Source: Rhodothermales bacterium
GTDB lineage: Bacteria > Bacteroidota > Rhodothermia > Rhodothermales > VXPQ01
Direction of reading: 5' to 3'
Assembly: GCA_951812345.1 (NCBI GenBank)
Contig: OX638295.1
Location: 814,759-878,758, forward strand
Length of the DNA: 64,000 nucleotides
Under the pieces are notes generated by a model, which was given only the letters and a program-made list of their open reading frames with translations, was not told the DNA's origin and ran no database searches. Every line of letters starts with the position of its first letter. Position 1 is the stretch's first letter. Shown piece by piece: positions 17,281-25,807 of this stretch. A program made the position numbers and the translations under genes.

Positions 17281-18429
17281 TCACGAGTCCGGGAAGAGGG
17301 CAGGGTCCAGTCCGGGAATGATCCTGAGCGCGTTTTCGTAATAGATTTTCCGCAGCACGTCGTCCGGGAGGTCCATGCCGTACATGCTCCAGAAAGCATG
17401 CCGCTTGCGGTAATACGGGAAGTATTCGTCCGCCGTCTCGAAGATGCGGAAATAGACGTAGTATTCGGACGGTTCCCACGAATCCTTGCCCATGAGTACG
17501 CGGTCCTGATATTTCGTCAGGAAGGCCTTCGCCGTGTGCGGCTGCCGGCCCAGTTCGCCGATGACCGCTCCGAGTTCGGTGTACATGTTGGGCATTTTGT
17601 CCAGCAGGCTGCCCAGCCGCCCGAGATCGTTGCCCAGCCAGCCGAGGTGTGCGCTGAGGAAAATGGTGTTCGAGTGTCTGGCGATCAGATCCCAGTGTTC
17701 GGTCATGAGGGTTTCCCAGGAAGGAACCGGATCGCGCTTGCGGCGCGGGCGCTCCTTGAGCTCGAACCAGCGCTCGTTGAAACGGTCCTGCGGCTCCCAG
17801 AAGGGGGCCGGGTCTGCCGTATGGATGAGGACCGGAATGCCCAGTTCGCCGGCCTTCTGCCAGATGGGGTCCAGTTTCGGGTCGTCGGTTTTCAGCCGCG
17901 TACCATCCTCGTAGAAGATGTACATGCCGAGGCTTTTGTAAATCTTCAGGCCTTTGGCGCCCTGCCGCACGTCTTCTTCCAGTTGGGCCGCCGCTTTCTC
18001 GCCGAAATCCGGATCGTCCAGGGTCTCGAAGTCGATGTTCGCGTAATGCACGAAGCGCCCCGGGGCGTGCATATCCGTGGCGGCGATTTTCGCCTGGAGT
18101 TCTTCGCCGCTGCCTCCACTGAGATTCACCATGACGGCCATGTTCATTGCGTCCATGTCCGCAACCATGGCGGCGATCTCTTCGCCGGACATCTCGGCGA
18201 TGCCCCACTGGTGCGCATGGGCGTCCACGAACGGGAATTTCGCGCGGGTCACCTCATGCTCCTCGACGACCAGCGTGGAGCGGGGCGCATAGTCTTCCCA
18301 TTGCATTTCCTGCGCCTGTGCGGGGGGAACGGGCGCGGTAACCGCCAGCGCGATCGAGGCGAACGCTGCGGCGAAGAGGAAGACGGATATTTTTCGGGAA
18401 GGGCGGAGCGAAGGAGTCGGGAGCGTCAT
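17281..18429 (-). CDS. Secreted amidohydrolase-family (TIM-barrel metal hydrolase) protein
   Basis: 'FPFVDAHAHQW' metal-binding start motif. Signal peptide 'VFLFAAAFASIALAVTAPVPPAQAQ'. The start was moved to 18429. Confidence 0.75.
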   Translation of the reverse strand: MTLPTPSLRPSRKISVFLFAAAFASIALAVTAPVPPAQAQEMQWEDYAPRSTLVVEEHEVTRAKFPFVDAHAHQWGIAEMSGEEIAAMVADMDAMNMAVMVNLSGGSGEELQAKIAATDMHAPGRFVHYANIDFETLDDPDFGEKAAAQLEEDVRQGAKGLKIYKSLGMYIFYEDGTRLKTDDPKLDPIWQKAGELGIPVLIHTADPAPFWEPQDRFNERWFELKERPRRKRDPVPSWETLMTEHWDLIARHSNTIFLSAHLGWLGNDLGRLGSLLDKMPNMYTELGAVIGELGRQPHTAKAFLTKYQDRVLMGKDSWEPSEYYVYFRIFETADEYFPYYRKRHAFWSMYGMDLPDDVLRKIYYENALRIIPGLDPALFPDS

Positions 18430-18557
18430 GGCCGGGGTCAAAACAGGTGAAGCGTCAGTGCAGAACGAAGGAAGATACAAACGGCGGATTCGGAACCGTA
18501 CCGGGAAAGGCGTATGGCGTGCATCAAAATAGCGGTATGCGGCCTAAAAGGAAATAA

Positions 18558-18870
18558 TAAGGGTACTCTGACCAAAACCGCTTCGCTCAGCGCGTCACGT
18601 TCGTACGCAAAGGATGTTATGATTCCATCGTTGAAATCAGCGGGAAACACTGAGGTTTCCGGCATCGCGGACGTGACGCGCCCTTCGGGAGACTGCGAGG
18701 GGCAAGCTGGCTGTGTCATTCCTCATTGTGTGGGGCCTGCCACACTGCTTCGTCATTCCTTGCCAGCCCGCCCCTCGCAAGCCTCTGAGCTTTGCGGACT
18801 TAATCAGAGTACCCTTAAAGGATACGCTGAGTTTTGCGGACTTAATCAGAGTACCCTTAATTAAGGATAC
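18558..18870 (+). repeat. Dispersed MITE-like element, copy 1: a full unit plus a tandem mini-unit and an extra terminus
   Basis: The full unit is 18558-18817 with termini 'taagggtactctgaccaa' and 'ttaatcagagtaccctta'. The mini-unit is 18818-18859. An abutting inverted terminus 'ttaaggatac' lies at 18861-18870. Confidence 0.7.
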
Positions 18871-18930
18871 GTGCGCGCGCGTCGTATCTTTACATCCGGG
18901 CCTGCTTATCCATTTTCTAATGAAAACCTC

Positions 18931-19056
18931 ATGCGGCGTTTGATCCTCATAGCGTTTGTCGCAATCGTAGGGGGTGCATGCGTTTCGGAGGTCCATGCAC
19001 AGGAGCAGACCGAAACGCTGCTGCGTAAGGCGGACCTCTCCGCGCCGTACCCATGA
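18931..19056 (+). CDS. Possible 41-aa signal-peptide-like micro-ORF coupled to the trmH-like gene
   Basis: 'MRRLILIAFVAIVGGACVSEVHAQEQ...'. Its stop overlaps the next ATG in an ATGA arrangement at 19053-19056. No other support. Confidence 0.2.
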   Translation: MRRLILIAFVAIVGGACVSEVHAQEQTETLLRKADLSAPYP

Positions 19057-19841
19057 CCCCTCTTCCCCAACGCCGCCTGAAAGAAATCCGCTCGCTGGCG
19101 CACAGAAAGTACCGCGACCGGTACGGGGAGACGATCGTCGAAGGCGTGCGGGCCGTGGAAGCGGCGCTCGACGCCGGGGCCGAACTGCGGACGCTGCTCG
19201 TATCGGAATCGGCGCAGAGCCGCCTTGAGGAACGGTTCCGTATCCCGGAGGACCGGGTGTATGTCGTGTCCGAACGGGATATGCGCACGGTATCCGCGGT
19301 CGAAACCAGCCAGGGCGTGCTGGCGGTCGCAGGCGTCCGGCGGGCGGCCCCGGAGACGCTTGCATCCATGCAGCGGGTGGTCCTGCTCGACGGCGTGAGC
19401 GATCCGGGGAATGCGGGGGCCATCATCCGGACGGCGGCCTGGTTCGGCGTGGAGGCCGTGGTAACCGCTCCGGATTCCGTGGATGTCTATCACCCCAAGG
19501 CGGTGCGCGCTTCCATGGGCGGGGTGTGGGATGTCGAGCATGTCGAAACGTCCGATCCGGTCGGGATGCTTGCCGACCTCGCGGCGCGCGGATTCGCCGT
19601 CTACGGGGCGGACCTCGAGGGCATTCCGGTGGATGACTGGACGCCGGCGCTGCCGTCCGTTCTGGTGCTCGGCAGTGAGGCGCACGGAATTTCCCGGAAC
19701 GTTCGGCACCGGATCGCCGAGCGGGTGCTTATTCCGGGCCGGGTGCACAGGGGTGAAAAACCGGGCGCCCGAGGCGTCGAATCGCTGAATGCGGCGGTTG
19801 CTGCGGGTATCCTGCTGCATGCCTGGGCGCGGACCGGGTAA
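19053..19841 (+). CDS. TrmH/SpoU-family RNA 2'-O-methyltransferase
   Basis: 'IVEGVRAVEAAL', 'LLDGVSDPGNAGAIIRTAAWFG', 'LVLGSEAHGIS', 'ESLNAAVAAGILLH'. Confidence 0.85.
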   Translation: MTPLPQRRLKEIRSLAHRKYRDRYGETIVEGVRAVEAALDAGAELRTLLVSESAQSRLEERFRIPEDRVYVVSERDMRTVSAVETSQGVLAVAGVRRAAPETLASMQRVVLLDGVSDPGNAGAIIRTAAWFGVEAVVTAPDSVDVYHPKAVRASMGGVWDVEHVETSDPVGMLADLAARGFAVYGADLEGIPVDDWTPALPSVLVLGSEAHGISRNVRHRIAERVLIPGRVHRGEKPGARGVESLNAAVAAGILLHAWARTG

Positions 19842-19991
19842 GCACCCGCCCCGGCAAAGACCGTTAAAAGGTTGTTACGAACCCGTTCCGAAGGGGTATT
19901 CCATATCAAACCGGGGGTTCGGCACTCGCATGTCAGGCCGTCATTTCGTTATATTGTAAGGCTGAAATAACTCACTAACCATACGAATACC

Positions 19992-21146
19992 ATGAGAATC
20001 GGTATACTGACCGGAGGCGGGGACGTACCCGGTCTGAACCCCTGCATCAAGGCGGTCGCCATGCGGGGGATGGAGCAAGGAAACGAGGTCATCGGCATTC
20101 GCCGCGGATGGGGCGGTTTGCTCTGGATGGACCGGGACGACCCCGCGAGCATCGACAAATACACGGTCGAACTGGATTTTCAGACCGTGCGCAAAATCGA
20201 CCGGACCGGCGGCACCGTGCTGCATACGAGCCGCGTCAATCCGGGCCGCGTGGCGCCGGACGACGTGCCCGATTTCCTGAAGGGCACGGTCGATATGACG
20301 GAAGAAGGCCCCTTCGATTTTACTTCCCATGCCCTTGCGAATCTGAAGCATCTGGGCGTCGACATGCTTGTTCCCATCGGGGGAGACGATACGCTGAGTT
20401 ACGGGGAGCGCATGCACCGCGAAGGGTTCCCGGTGGTGGCCATTCCCAAGACGATGGACAACGACGTATACGGCACGGATTACTGCATCGGGTTCGGGAC
20501 GGCCATCACGAGGAGCATCAAATTCATTCACCAGCTCCGCACCAGCACGGGGTCCCACGAGCGCATCGCCGTCGTCGAACTCTTCGGAAGAAATTCCGGA
20601 CAGACCAGTCTCATCAGTTCGTATCTGGCCGGGGTGGACCGGGCGCTCATTTCGGAGGTGCCTTTCGACCCGGAGAAACTGGCGGACCTGGTCATGCAGG
20701 ACAAGCGCATGAATCCCAGCAACTACGCCATGGTGACGATCAGCGAGGGCGCGTATATGATCGGCGGCGAGGTGATGGAAAGCGGGGAGGAGGACCCGTA
20801 CGGGCATCGCAAGCTGGGCGGCATCGGGGAAGCCACGGGAGATATGCTCAGCAAACTCACCGGCGAGAAGATTGTGCTGCAGTCCGTTGCGTACCTGATG
20901 CGCTCCGGCCCGCCGGATGCGCTCGACCTGATGGTAGGCGTCAACTATGCGAACATGGCGATGGACTTGCTCGGGGAAGGAGCCAGCGGCAGAATGGTGG
21001 CCTTGCGCGGCGGCGTATACACGCACATTCCCATGGACGAGGTGACGACGGGCGTGAAGCGCGTGGATGTGGACGAACTCTATGACGTGGAGGCGTACCG
21101 CCCGAAGGTGCATCATGTGCTGAACAAGCCCATGTTCCTGTATTAG
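19992..21146 (+). CDS. 6-phosphofructokinase family enzyme, sequence features of the PPi-dependent type
   Basis: '[16 protein letters not shown]', '[10 protein letters not shown]', 'IPKTMDNDV'. The GGDDT and PKT-type residues are those usually seen in PPi-PFKs. Confidence 0.85.
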   Translation: MRIGILTGGGDVPGLNPCIKAVAMRGMEQGNEVIGIRRGWGGLLWMDRDDPASIDKYTVELDFQTVRKIDRTGGTVLHTSRVNPGRVAPDDVPDFLKGTVDMTEEGPFDFTSHALANLKHLGVDMLVPIGGDDTLSYGERMHREGFPVVAIPKTMDNDVYGTDYCIGFGTAITRSIKFIHQLRTSTGSHERIAVVELFGRNSGQTSLISSYLAGVDRALISEVPFDPEKLADLVMQDKRMNPSNYAMVTISEGAYMIGGEVMESGEEDPYGHRKLGGIGEATGDMLSKLTGEKIVLQSVAYLMRSGPPDALDLMVGVNYANMAMDLLGEGASGRMVALRGGVYTHIPMDEVTTGVKRVDVDELYDVEAYRPKVHHVLNKPMFLY

Positions 21147-21160
21147 GATACTCTGATTAA
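21144..21160. repeat. Solo 18-bp family motif spanning the PFK stop codon
   Basis: 'taggatactctgattaa', in the inverse orientation of the family end. Lies 13 nt before the ATG at 21174. Confidence 0.5.
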
Positions 21161-21173
21161 ATCCGCCTGGTTT

Positions 21174-21878
21174 ATGGAGCCGGTCGTACAGATCTCGCTG
21201 GACGTTACGTCGGTTTCGGAAGCGGTCGAGATGGCGGAGATGGCCGTACGGGCCGGCGTCGATTGGATCGAAGCGGGTACCCCGCTGGTCATTGCCGAAG
21301 GGATGCATGGCGTACGCGCCTTGCGGGAGCGGTTTCCGGACAAGCCCCTCGTAGTGGATCTGAAAACCATGGACGGGGGCGGGCTCGAAGTGGAGATCAT
21401 GGCCCGCGCCGGAGCGACCCATGTGGTGGTGATGGGGCAGGCCGAGTCGGAAACAGTAGAACTGGTGGTGCGGGCCGGCAGGGAGCTGGGCTTGGAAGTG
21501 ATGGGGGATAACCTCGGGATGCCTGATCCTGTGGCCGGGGCCCGGTTGCTCGAAGAGATGGGCTGCGATTACGTCATTCATCATATCGGGTACGACTACC
21601 GGACACTGCGGCAGGAGCGGGGACAGCCTTTCGAAACGCCGCTTCACCGGTTGCGCGACGTGGTGGCCGCTGTGGATATCCCGGTGCAGGCCGTGGGCGG
21701 ACTGGATATCGAACAGGCTGTGCAGGCGCCCGCCTGGGGTGCGCCCATCGTGGTCATAGGCGCTCCGATTGCCGTGGATGCGCATGCATTCCGGGCGACG
21801 TCCGGGGATGTGGAAGGTATTCTCCGGGAGATATGCGCGCGGGTGCATGCCTTCGGGAAAGGGACGACCGGGTCATGA
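21174..21878 (+). CDS. 3-hexulose-6-phosphate synthase / 3-keto-L-gulonate-6-P decarboxylase family (OMPDC-like barrel)
   Basis: 'VQISLDVTS', 'VDWIEAGTPLV', 'PLVVDLKTMDGG'. Confidence 0.75.
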   Translation: MEPVVQISLDVTSVSEAVEMAEMAVRAGVDWIEAGTPLVIAEGMHGVRALRERFPDKPLVVDLKTMDGGGLEVEIMARAGATHVVVMGQAESETVELVVRAGRELGLEVMGDNLGMPDPVAGARLLEEMGCDYVIHHIGYDYRTLRQERGQPFETPLHRLRDVVAAVDIPVQAVGGLDIEQAVQAPAWGAPIVVIGAPIAVDAHAFRATSGDVEGILREICARVHAFGKGTTGS

Positions 21879-22921
21879 AGCAGATTCCTCGTACGATGCA
21901 GGCCGTGGTGAATCATGCGGCGGCGCCGAAGAGCGTCGAGCTTCGCGAGATATCTGTGCCGGAGATCGGTCCCGAGGATGTGCTTGTCGAGGTCCGAGCG
22001 GTCGGCGTATGCGGCAGCGACGTACATCAATGGGCAGGCGCGCAAAGTTGGCCGGTCAACTACCCCTGCGTGCTTGGGCATGAATTCAGCGGGATCGTGG
22101 CGCGGACCGGAAACGCCGTGCGGACATTTCGGGAAGGGGATCGGATTACCAGCGAAACCGCAGCCGTCATCGACCCGGATTCCCCGCTGGTGCGGCAGGG
22201 GCGGTATCATCTGGATCCCTCGCGCCTCGGTTTCGGGTACGGGGTGGACGGCGCCATGGCGAGCTATGTGCGCGTACCGGAACGCTGTCTGCATCGCATC
22301 CCGGACGAACTGACCTTCGAGCAGGCGGCGCTTACGGAGCCGTGCTGCGTGGCGTATCATGCCGTCTGCGTGCAGACGCGGATTCGATCGGGAGATCATG
22401 TGCTGGTGCTCGGTCCGGGTCCCATCGGTTTGCTCTGCGGAGTCATGGCGCGGCTCGCGGGTGCAGGGGTCGTGCTGGTGGCCGGTTTGGCGTCGGATGC
22501 GCACCGTCTTGCTGTGGCGGGGCAGTTGGGTCTCGTTCCTGTGCCGGCGGAGGATGCAATAGAAACAGGGCGGGCGCTCGGGGACGGTCTCGGCGTCGAT
22601 GCGGTGGTGGACGCTGCAGGCGTTTCCGAGGCGCTCCGGACCGCGCTGGACGCTGTGCGTCCCGGCGGGTGGATCACCAAAGTCGGTTGGGGTAAACAGC
22701 CGTTCGGCGGCAGTCTTGATCCCCTTGTTCAGAAAGCCGTTACGTTACAGGGCAGTTTTTCGCACTATCGGGAAATCTGGGAGCGCGTGCTGCGCCTGCT
22801 TGCAAGCGGTCGCCTGGATACGGCGCCTCTTGTGGATCATATTGCCCCTATGAAAGAATGGGAAGAGGTCTTCGAGCGCATGCACGAACGGACCTATGTA
22901 AAGGCGATCCTGATTCCCTGA
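21875..22921 (+). CDS. Zinc-dependent medium-chain alcohol/polyol dehydrogenase
   Basis: 'VGVCGSDVHQW', 'VLGHEFSGIV', 'LVLGPGPIGL'. The ATGA overlaps the upstream stop. Confidence 0.85.
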   Translation: MKQIPRTMQAVVNHAAAPKSVELREISVPEIGPEDVLVEVRAVGVCGSDVHQWAGAQSWPVNYPCVLGHEFSGIVARTGNAVRTFREGDRITSETAAVIDPDSPLVRQGRYHLDPSRLGFGYGVDGAMASYVRVPERCLHRIPDELTFEQAALTEPCCVAYHAVCVQTRIRSGDHVLVLGPGPIGLLCGVMARLAGAGVVLVAGLASDAHRLAVAGQLGLVPVPAEDAIETGRALGDGLGVDAVVDAAGVSEALRTALDAVRPGGWITKVGWGKQPFGGSLDPLVQKAVTLQGSFSHYREIWERVLRLLASGRLDTAPLVDHIAPMKEWEEVFERMHERTYVKAILIP

Positions 22922-22932
22922 TTGCGTATGCC

Positions 22933-23075
22933 AAGCGCCCTTCGGGAGGCTGCGAGAAGCACGCTGGCCGCGTCATTCCTCATTATGTGGGGGGCAGGCC
23001 ACATTGCTTCGTCATTCCTTGCCAGCGCACTTCTCTCAGCCTCTGAACTTCGCGGACTTAATCAGAGTATCCTTA
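22933..23075 (+). repeat. Dispersed MITE-like element, copy 2 (right half only)
   Basis: Aligns base-for-base with the right halves of copies 1 and 3, for example 'gcgcccttcggga..gtcattcctcattatgtgg..cggacttaatcagagtatcctta'. It starts 12 nt after the ADH stop. Confidence 0.7.
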
Positions 23076-23100
23076 CGGGAGCATCGAATCCGATAGAAAT

Positions 23101-23880
23101 ATGGGACAACTCGTCAAGGACAAAGTCATTCTCGTTACCGGCTCGACTACGGGCATCGGGGAATGCACGGCCCGCCGCATCGTGGCCGAGGGCGGCAAGG
23201 TGATGATTCATGGCCGGAGCGCCGGGCGCGCCGCCGCGCTCGTGGAAGAATTGGGGGAGGCCGCTGCGTTTTCACTGGGCGATTTGCAGGATCCTGCGGT
23301 GGCGCCGCATCTTGTCGAGTCCACTGTCGAGCGGTTCGGGCGCCTGGATGCGCTCGTCAACAATGCGGCTTTTCTTGCGCGCTCCAATCTCGACAATGCG
23401 GCGGTCGAACTCTTTGACCGGCAGGTCGCCGTGAATATGCGGGCCCCTCTGCTTCTGAGCCAGGCCGCCGTGGCGCAGTTCAGGAAGCAGGGCGGCGGCG
23501 GGCATATTCTGAATGTAGGATCCGTCAATGCGCTGGGCGGAGAGCGAAATCTGCTGATCTATTCGATGACGAAAGGCGGGCTCATGACGATGACGCGCAA
23601 CCTGTCCGCGTATCTGGCGAGCGAGGGCATCCGCGTCAACCAGGTCAACGCGGGGTGGACGCTCACCGAAAACGAGAAGAGGATCAAGGTGGAGGACGGT
23701 TCCGAAGAAGGCTGGTGGGAAAACATATCCCCCGAGCATGCCCCGTCCGGCCGTATTTTCACTCCCGAAGAGGCGGCGGCCCACATCGTGTTCTGGCTTT
23801 CGGATCAGGCGGGGCCTGTCAACGGGTCCGTCTTTGAAATCGAACAGTGGCCGCTTGTGGGACAGAATGCGTCCAAGTAG
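23101..23880 (+). CDS. Short-chain dehydrogenase/reductase (SDR)
   Basis: 'VILVTGSTTGIG' cofactor motif and 'YSMTKGG' catalytic YxxxK. Confidence 0.85.
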   Translation: MGQLVKDKVILVTGSTTGIGECTARRIVAEGGKVMIHGRSAGRAAALVEELGEAAAFSLGDLQDPAVAPHLVESTVERFGRLDALVNNAAFLARSNLDNAAVELFDRQVAVNMRAPLLLSQAAVAQFRKQGGGGHILNVGSVNALGGERNLLIYSMTKGGLMTMTRNLSAYLASEGIRVNQVNAGWTLTENEKRIKVEDGSEEGWWENISPEHAPSGRIFTPEEAAAHIVFWLSDQAGPVNGSVFEIEQWPLVGQNASK

Positions 23881-23883
23881 CCG

Positions 23884-24786
23884 ATGCCGCTCGCCGTTTT
23901 TCCCAAGTGCTTTCTGGATGCGCTCTGCGTGACGCGCACCATGCGCGTCGAGGAGTGGATCGATCTTGCGGCGACGCTGGACATCGACGGGCTGGAGTTC
24001 TACGAAGGATTTACGCCTGTGGGGGACGAGGCTGCGTTGGTGCGGCTCCGCGAGCATGCTACTGGCGCGGCAGGCCTTTCGATTTCCATGATGTGCCATT
24101 CCCCGGATTTTACCCGGCCCGATCCCGGGGAGCGGAAGGAGGAGGTGGCCCGGCAGTGCCGCACCATCGAAGCGACCGCAGCCCTCGGCGGCCGCTATTG
24201 CCGCGTGCTGACGGGGCAGCGCCGCCCGGCACTCGACCGCGACCGCGCGCTGGATTGGGTGGTCGAATGCATCCGGGACGCCGCCGCTTGCGCCGCCCGG
24301 CACGGCGTAACGCTGATTCTGGAGAACCACTACAAGGACGGGTACTGGATATACCCCGAATTCGCGCAGGACAGCGAAACCTTTCTGGAGGTGCTGGACC
24401 GCCTTAGGGATATGCCCTGTTTCGGGGTGAACTACGATCCGTCCAATGCGCTGATAGCCGGGGAAGACCCGATCGCTTTACTCGAAGCCGTGAAGCATCG
24501 CGTCGTGACGATGCATGCCAGCGACCGAATGCTCGAGTGGGGTACGCTGGCGGACCTGCGCCGGATCGAAGCCGAGCCGGACACAGGCTATGCGCACATC
24601 CTGAAGCACGGTGTAATCGGCGAGGGGCTCAACGACTACGACCGCATCTTTTCCATTCTGGCAGAGGTGGGTTTCGACGGCTGGATATCCATCGAGGACG
24701 GCGACGATCCGGTCCACGGCATGGAACGCCTGCGCCAGTCCGTCACGTTCGTGCGCGGAAAGATGCTGGAGTACGGGGTGGGGTGA
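23884..24786 (+). CDS. Sugar phosphate isomerase/epimerase (xylose isomerase-like TIM barrel)
   Basis: 'LILENHY', 'GVNYDPSN', 'HASD', 'ISIEDG', the typical AP-endonuclease-2/XI-like barrel pattern. Confidence 0.8.
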   Translation: MPLAVFPKCFLDALCVTRTMRVEEWIDLAATLDIDGLEFYEGFTPVGDEAALVRLREHATGAAGLSISMMCHSPDFTRPDPGERKEEVARQCRTIEATAALGGRYCRVLTGQRRPALDRDRALDWVVECIRDAAACAARHGVTLILENHYKDGYWIYPEFAQDSETFLEVLDRLRDMPCFGVNYDPSNALIAGEDPIALLEAVKHRVVTMHASDRMLEWGTLADLRRIEAEPDTGYAHILKHGVIGEGLNDYDRIFSILAEVGFDGWISIEDGDDPVHGMERLRQSVTFVRGKMLEYGVG

Positions 24787-24888
24787 GGGGTTTTGTCGAA
24801 GCAGATATCCGATGTGAAAATCTTCATGGTGTTGTCCGGAAGTACAGATAGATAAGGTGCAGGTCCCTCTTTTACCTGTTAGGATGCG

Positions 24889-25105
24889 ATGTGTGCGACC
24901 AGGGCGGCAGGGGGAATGGGCACGTCCAGCATGAAACTACATCGTGATCTTGGTATCCGGCAGTCTACCACATGGTATATGGCAGTCTACCGCATAGTAT
25001 ATGGCACAGCGCATCCGGCAAGGCTAGTTCAACGATAGCGATGCGAAACTGACAGGGCCGGTGGAGGTAGACGAAACATACATCGGTGGCAAGGAGAAAA
25101 AAAGG
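24889..25105 (+). pseudogene. Relic of an IS1595-family transposase
   Basis: Reads 'MKLHRDLGIRQSTTWYM' then 'AQRIRQG*FNDSDAKLTGPVEVDETYIGGKEKK'. It is broken by a 22-bp tandem duplication (24961-24982 / 24983-25004) and a stop codon. The zinc-ribbon and DDE parts are absent. Confidence 0.6.
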
Positions 25106-25158
25106 ATGCTTAGATTATATATCATGACAATTTTTCTTTAAAATCTGATTTGCGCGTG

Positions 25159-25455
25159 CTATGGTTTGAGTTTATCGTCCACAGCTTTCAAAAAGGTCTT
25201 ACACACCTTGAGCAATCGGTTGGTTGCCTCAATCATTTCGTCTCTTTGGCGAGGGGTTCGGTTGCGATGTTCTTGAGAAAAATCGATATCCATTTCATGG
25301 ATGATCTCATTTCTTATTCGAAAAACTTCCTTCAATTTATTTGGCTCTTTGGAAATGATGTTGGATTTAATGTCGAAGTACGAAGCGATTTTGAATAGCT
25401 CGTCTGCGGATAGAGGTGGTTCGGGTTGATTGGACAGATTTCGGCGGAATTTAAG
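25159..25455 (-). pseudogene. C-terminal fragment of a low-GC HEPN-like gene split by IS3
   Basis: 'FRIRNEIIHEMD' contains an Rx4H motif (25297-25314). The ORF runs out of the IS left end. Confidence 0.55.
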
Positions 25456-25502
25456 GTGTACTGTTGCGACCTTGTTCCGACGCAATCAACCAGAAGAGAC
25501 CC

Positions 25503-25793
25503 ATGTCAAGACGCCCACGCAGAACCCATAGTCCTTCGTTCAAGGCGAAGGTAGCCCTCGCCGCCGTGCGCGGCGACAGCACGCTGGCCGAACTCGCCGA
25601 ACGTTTCGAGGTGCACCCGAACCAGATACAATCGTGGAAGAAGCAGCTCACAGAGAGCGCCGAGGAGGCGTTCGTTCGAAGCCGCAACGTTCCCGATGAA
25701 CGCGACAGGAAGATCGAGGCGCTTCACGCGAAGATCGGAGAGTTGTCGATGGAGAAGGATTTTTTATCGAAGGCGCTCGGACACGACCGTTAG
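25503..25793 (+). CDS. IS3 OrfA (HTH transposase subunit)
   Basis: '[44 protein letters not shown]' followed by a leucine-zipper-like tail. Confidence 0.85.
   Translation: MSRRPRRTHSPSFKAKVALAAVRGDSTLAELAERFEVHPNQIQSWKKQLTESAEEAFVRSRNVPDERDRKIEALHAKIGELSMEKDFLSKALGHDR
25760..25766 (+). promoter_or_regulatory. Candidate -1 programmed frameshift heptamer T TTT TTA
   Basis: In the orfA frame this reads 'gaT TTT TTA'. The -1 frame is open from here into orfB ('[42 protein letters not shown]'). Confidence 0.5.
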
Positions 25794-25807
25794 CCGAGCG
25801 CCGCGCC

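Noticed and set aside
18514-18864. ORFs translated from the MITE-like copies (18514-18864, 22858-23046, 42075-42332) share 'RPSG.CE..AG.VIPH.VG', suggesting a small conserved protein.
   Set aside because: The conservation is explained by DNA identity of the repeat. The frames lack consistent starts and stops between copies, and one copy is truncated without regard to the frame.
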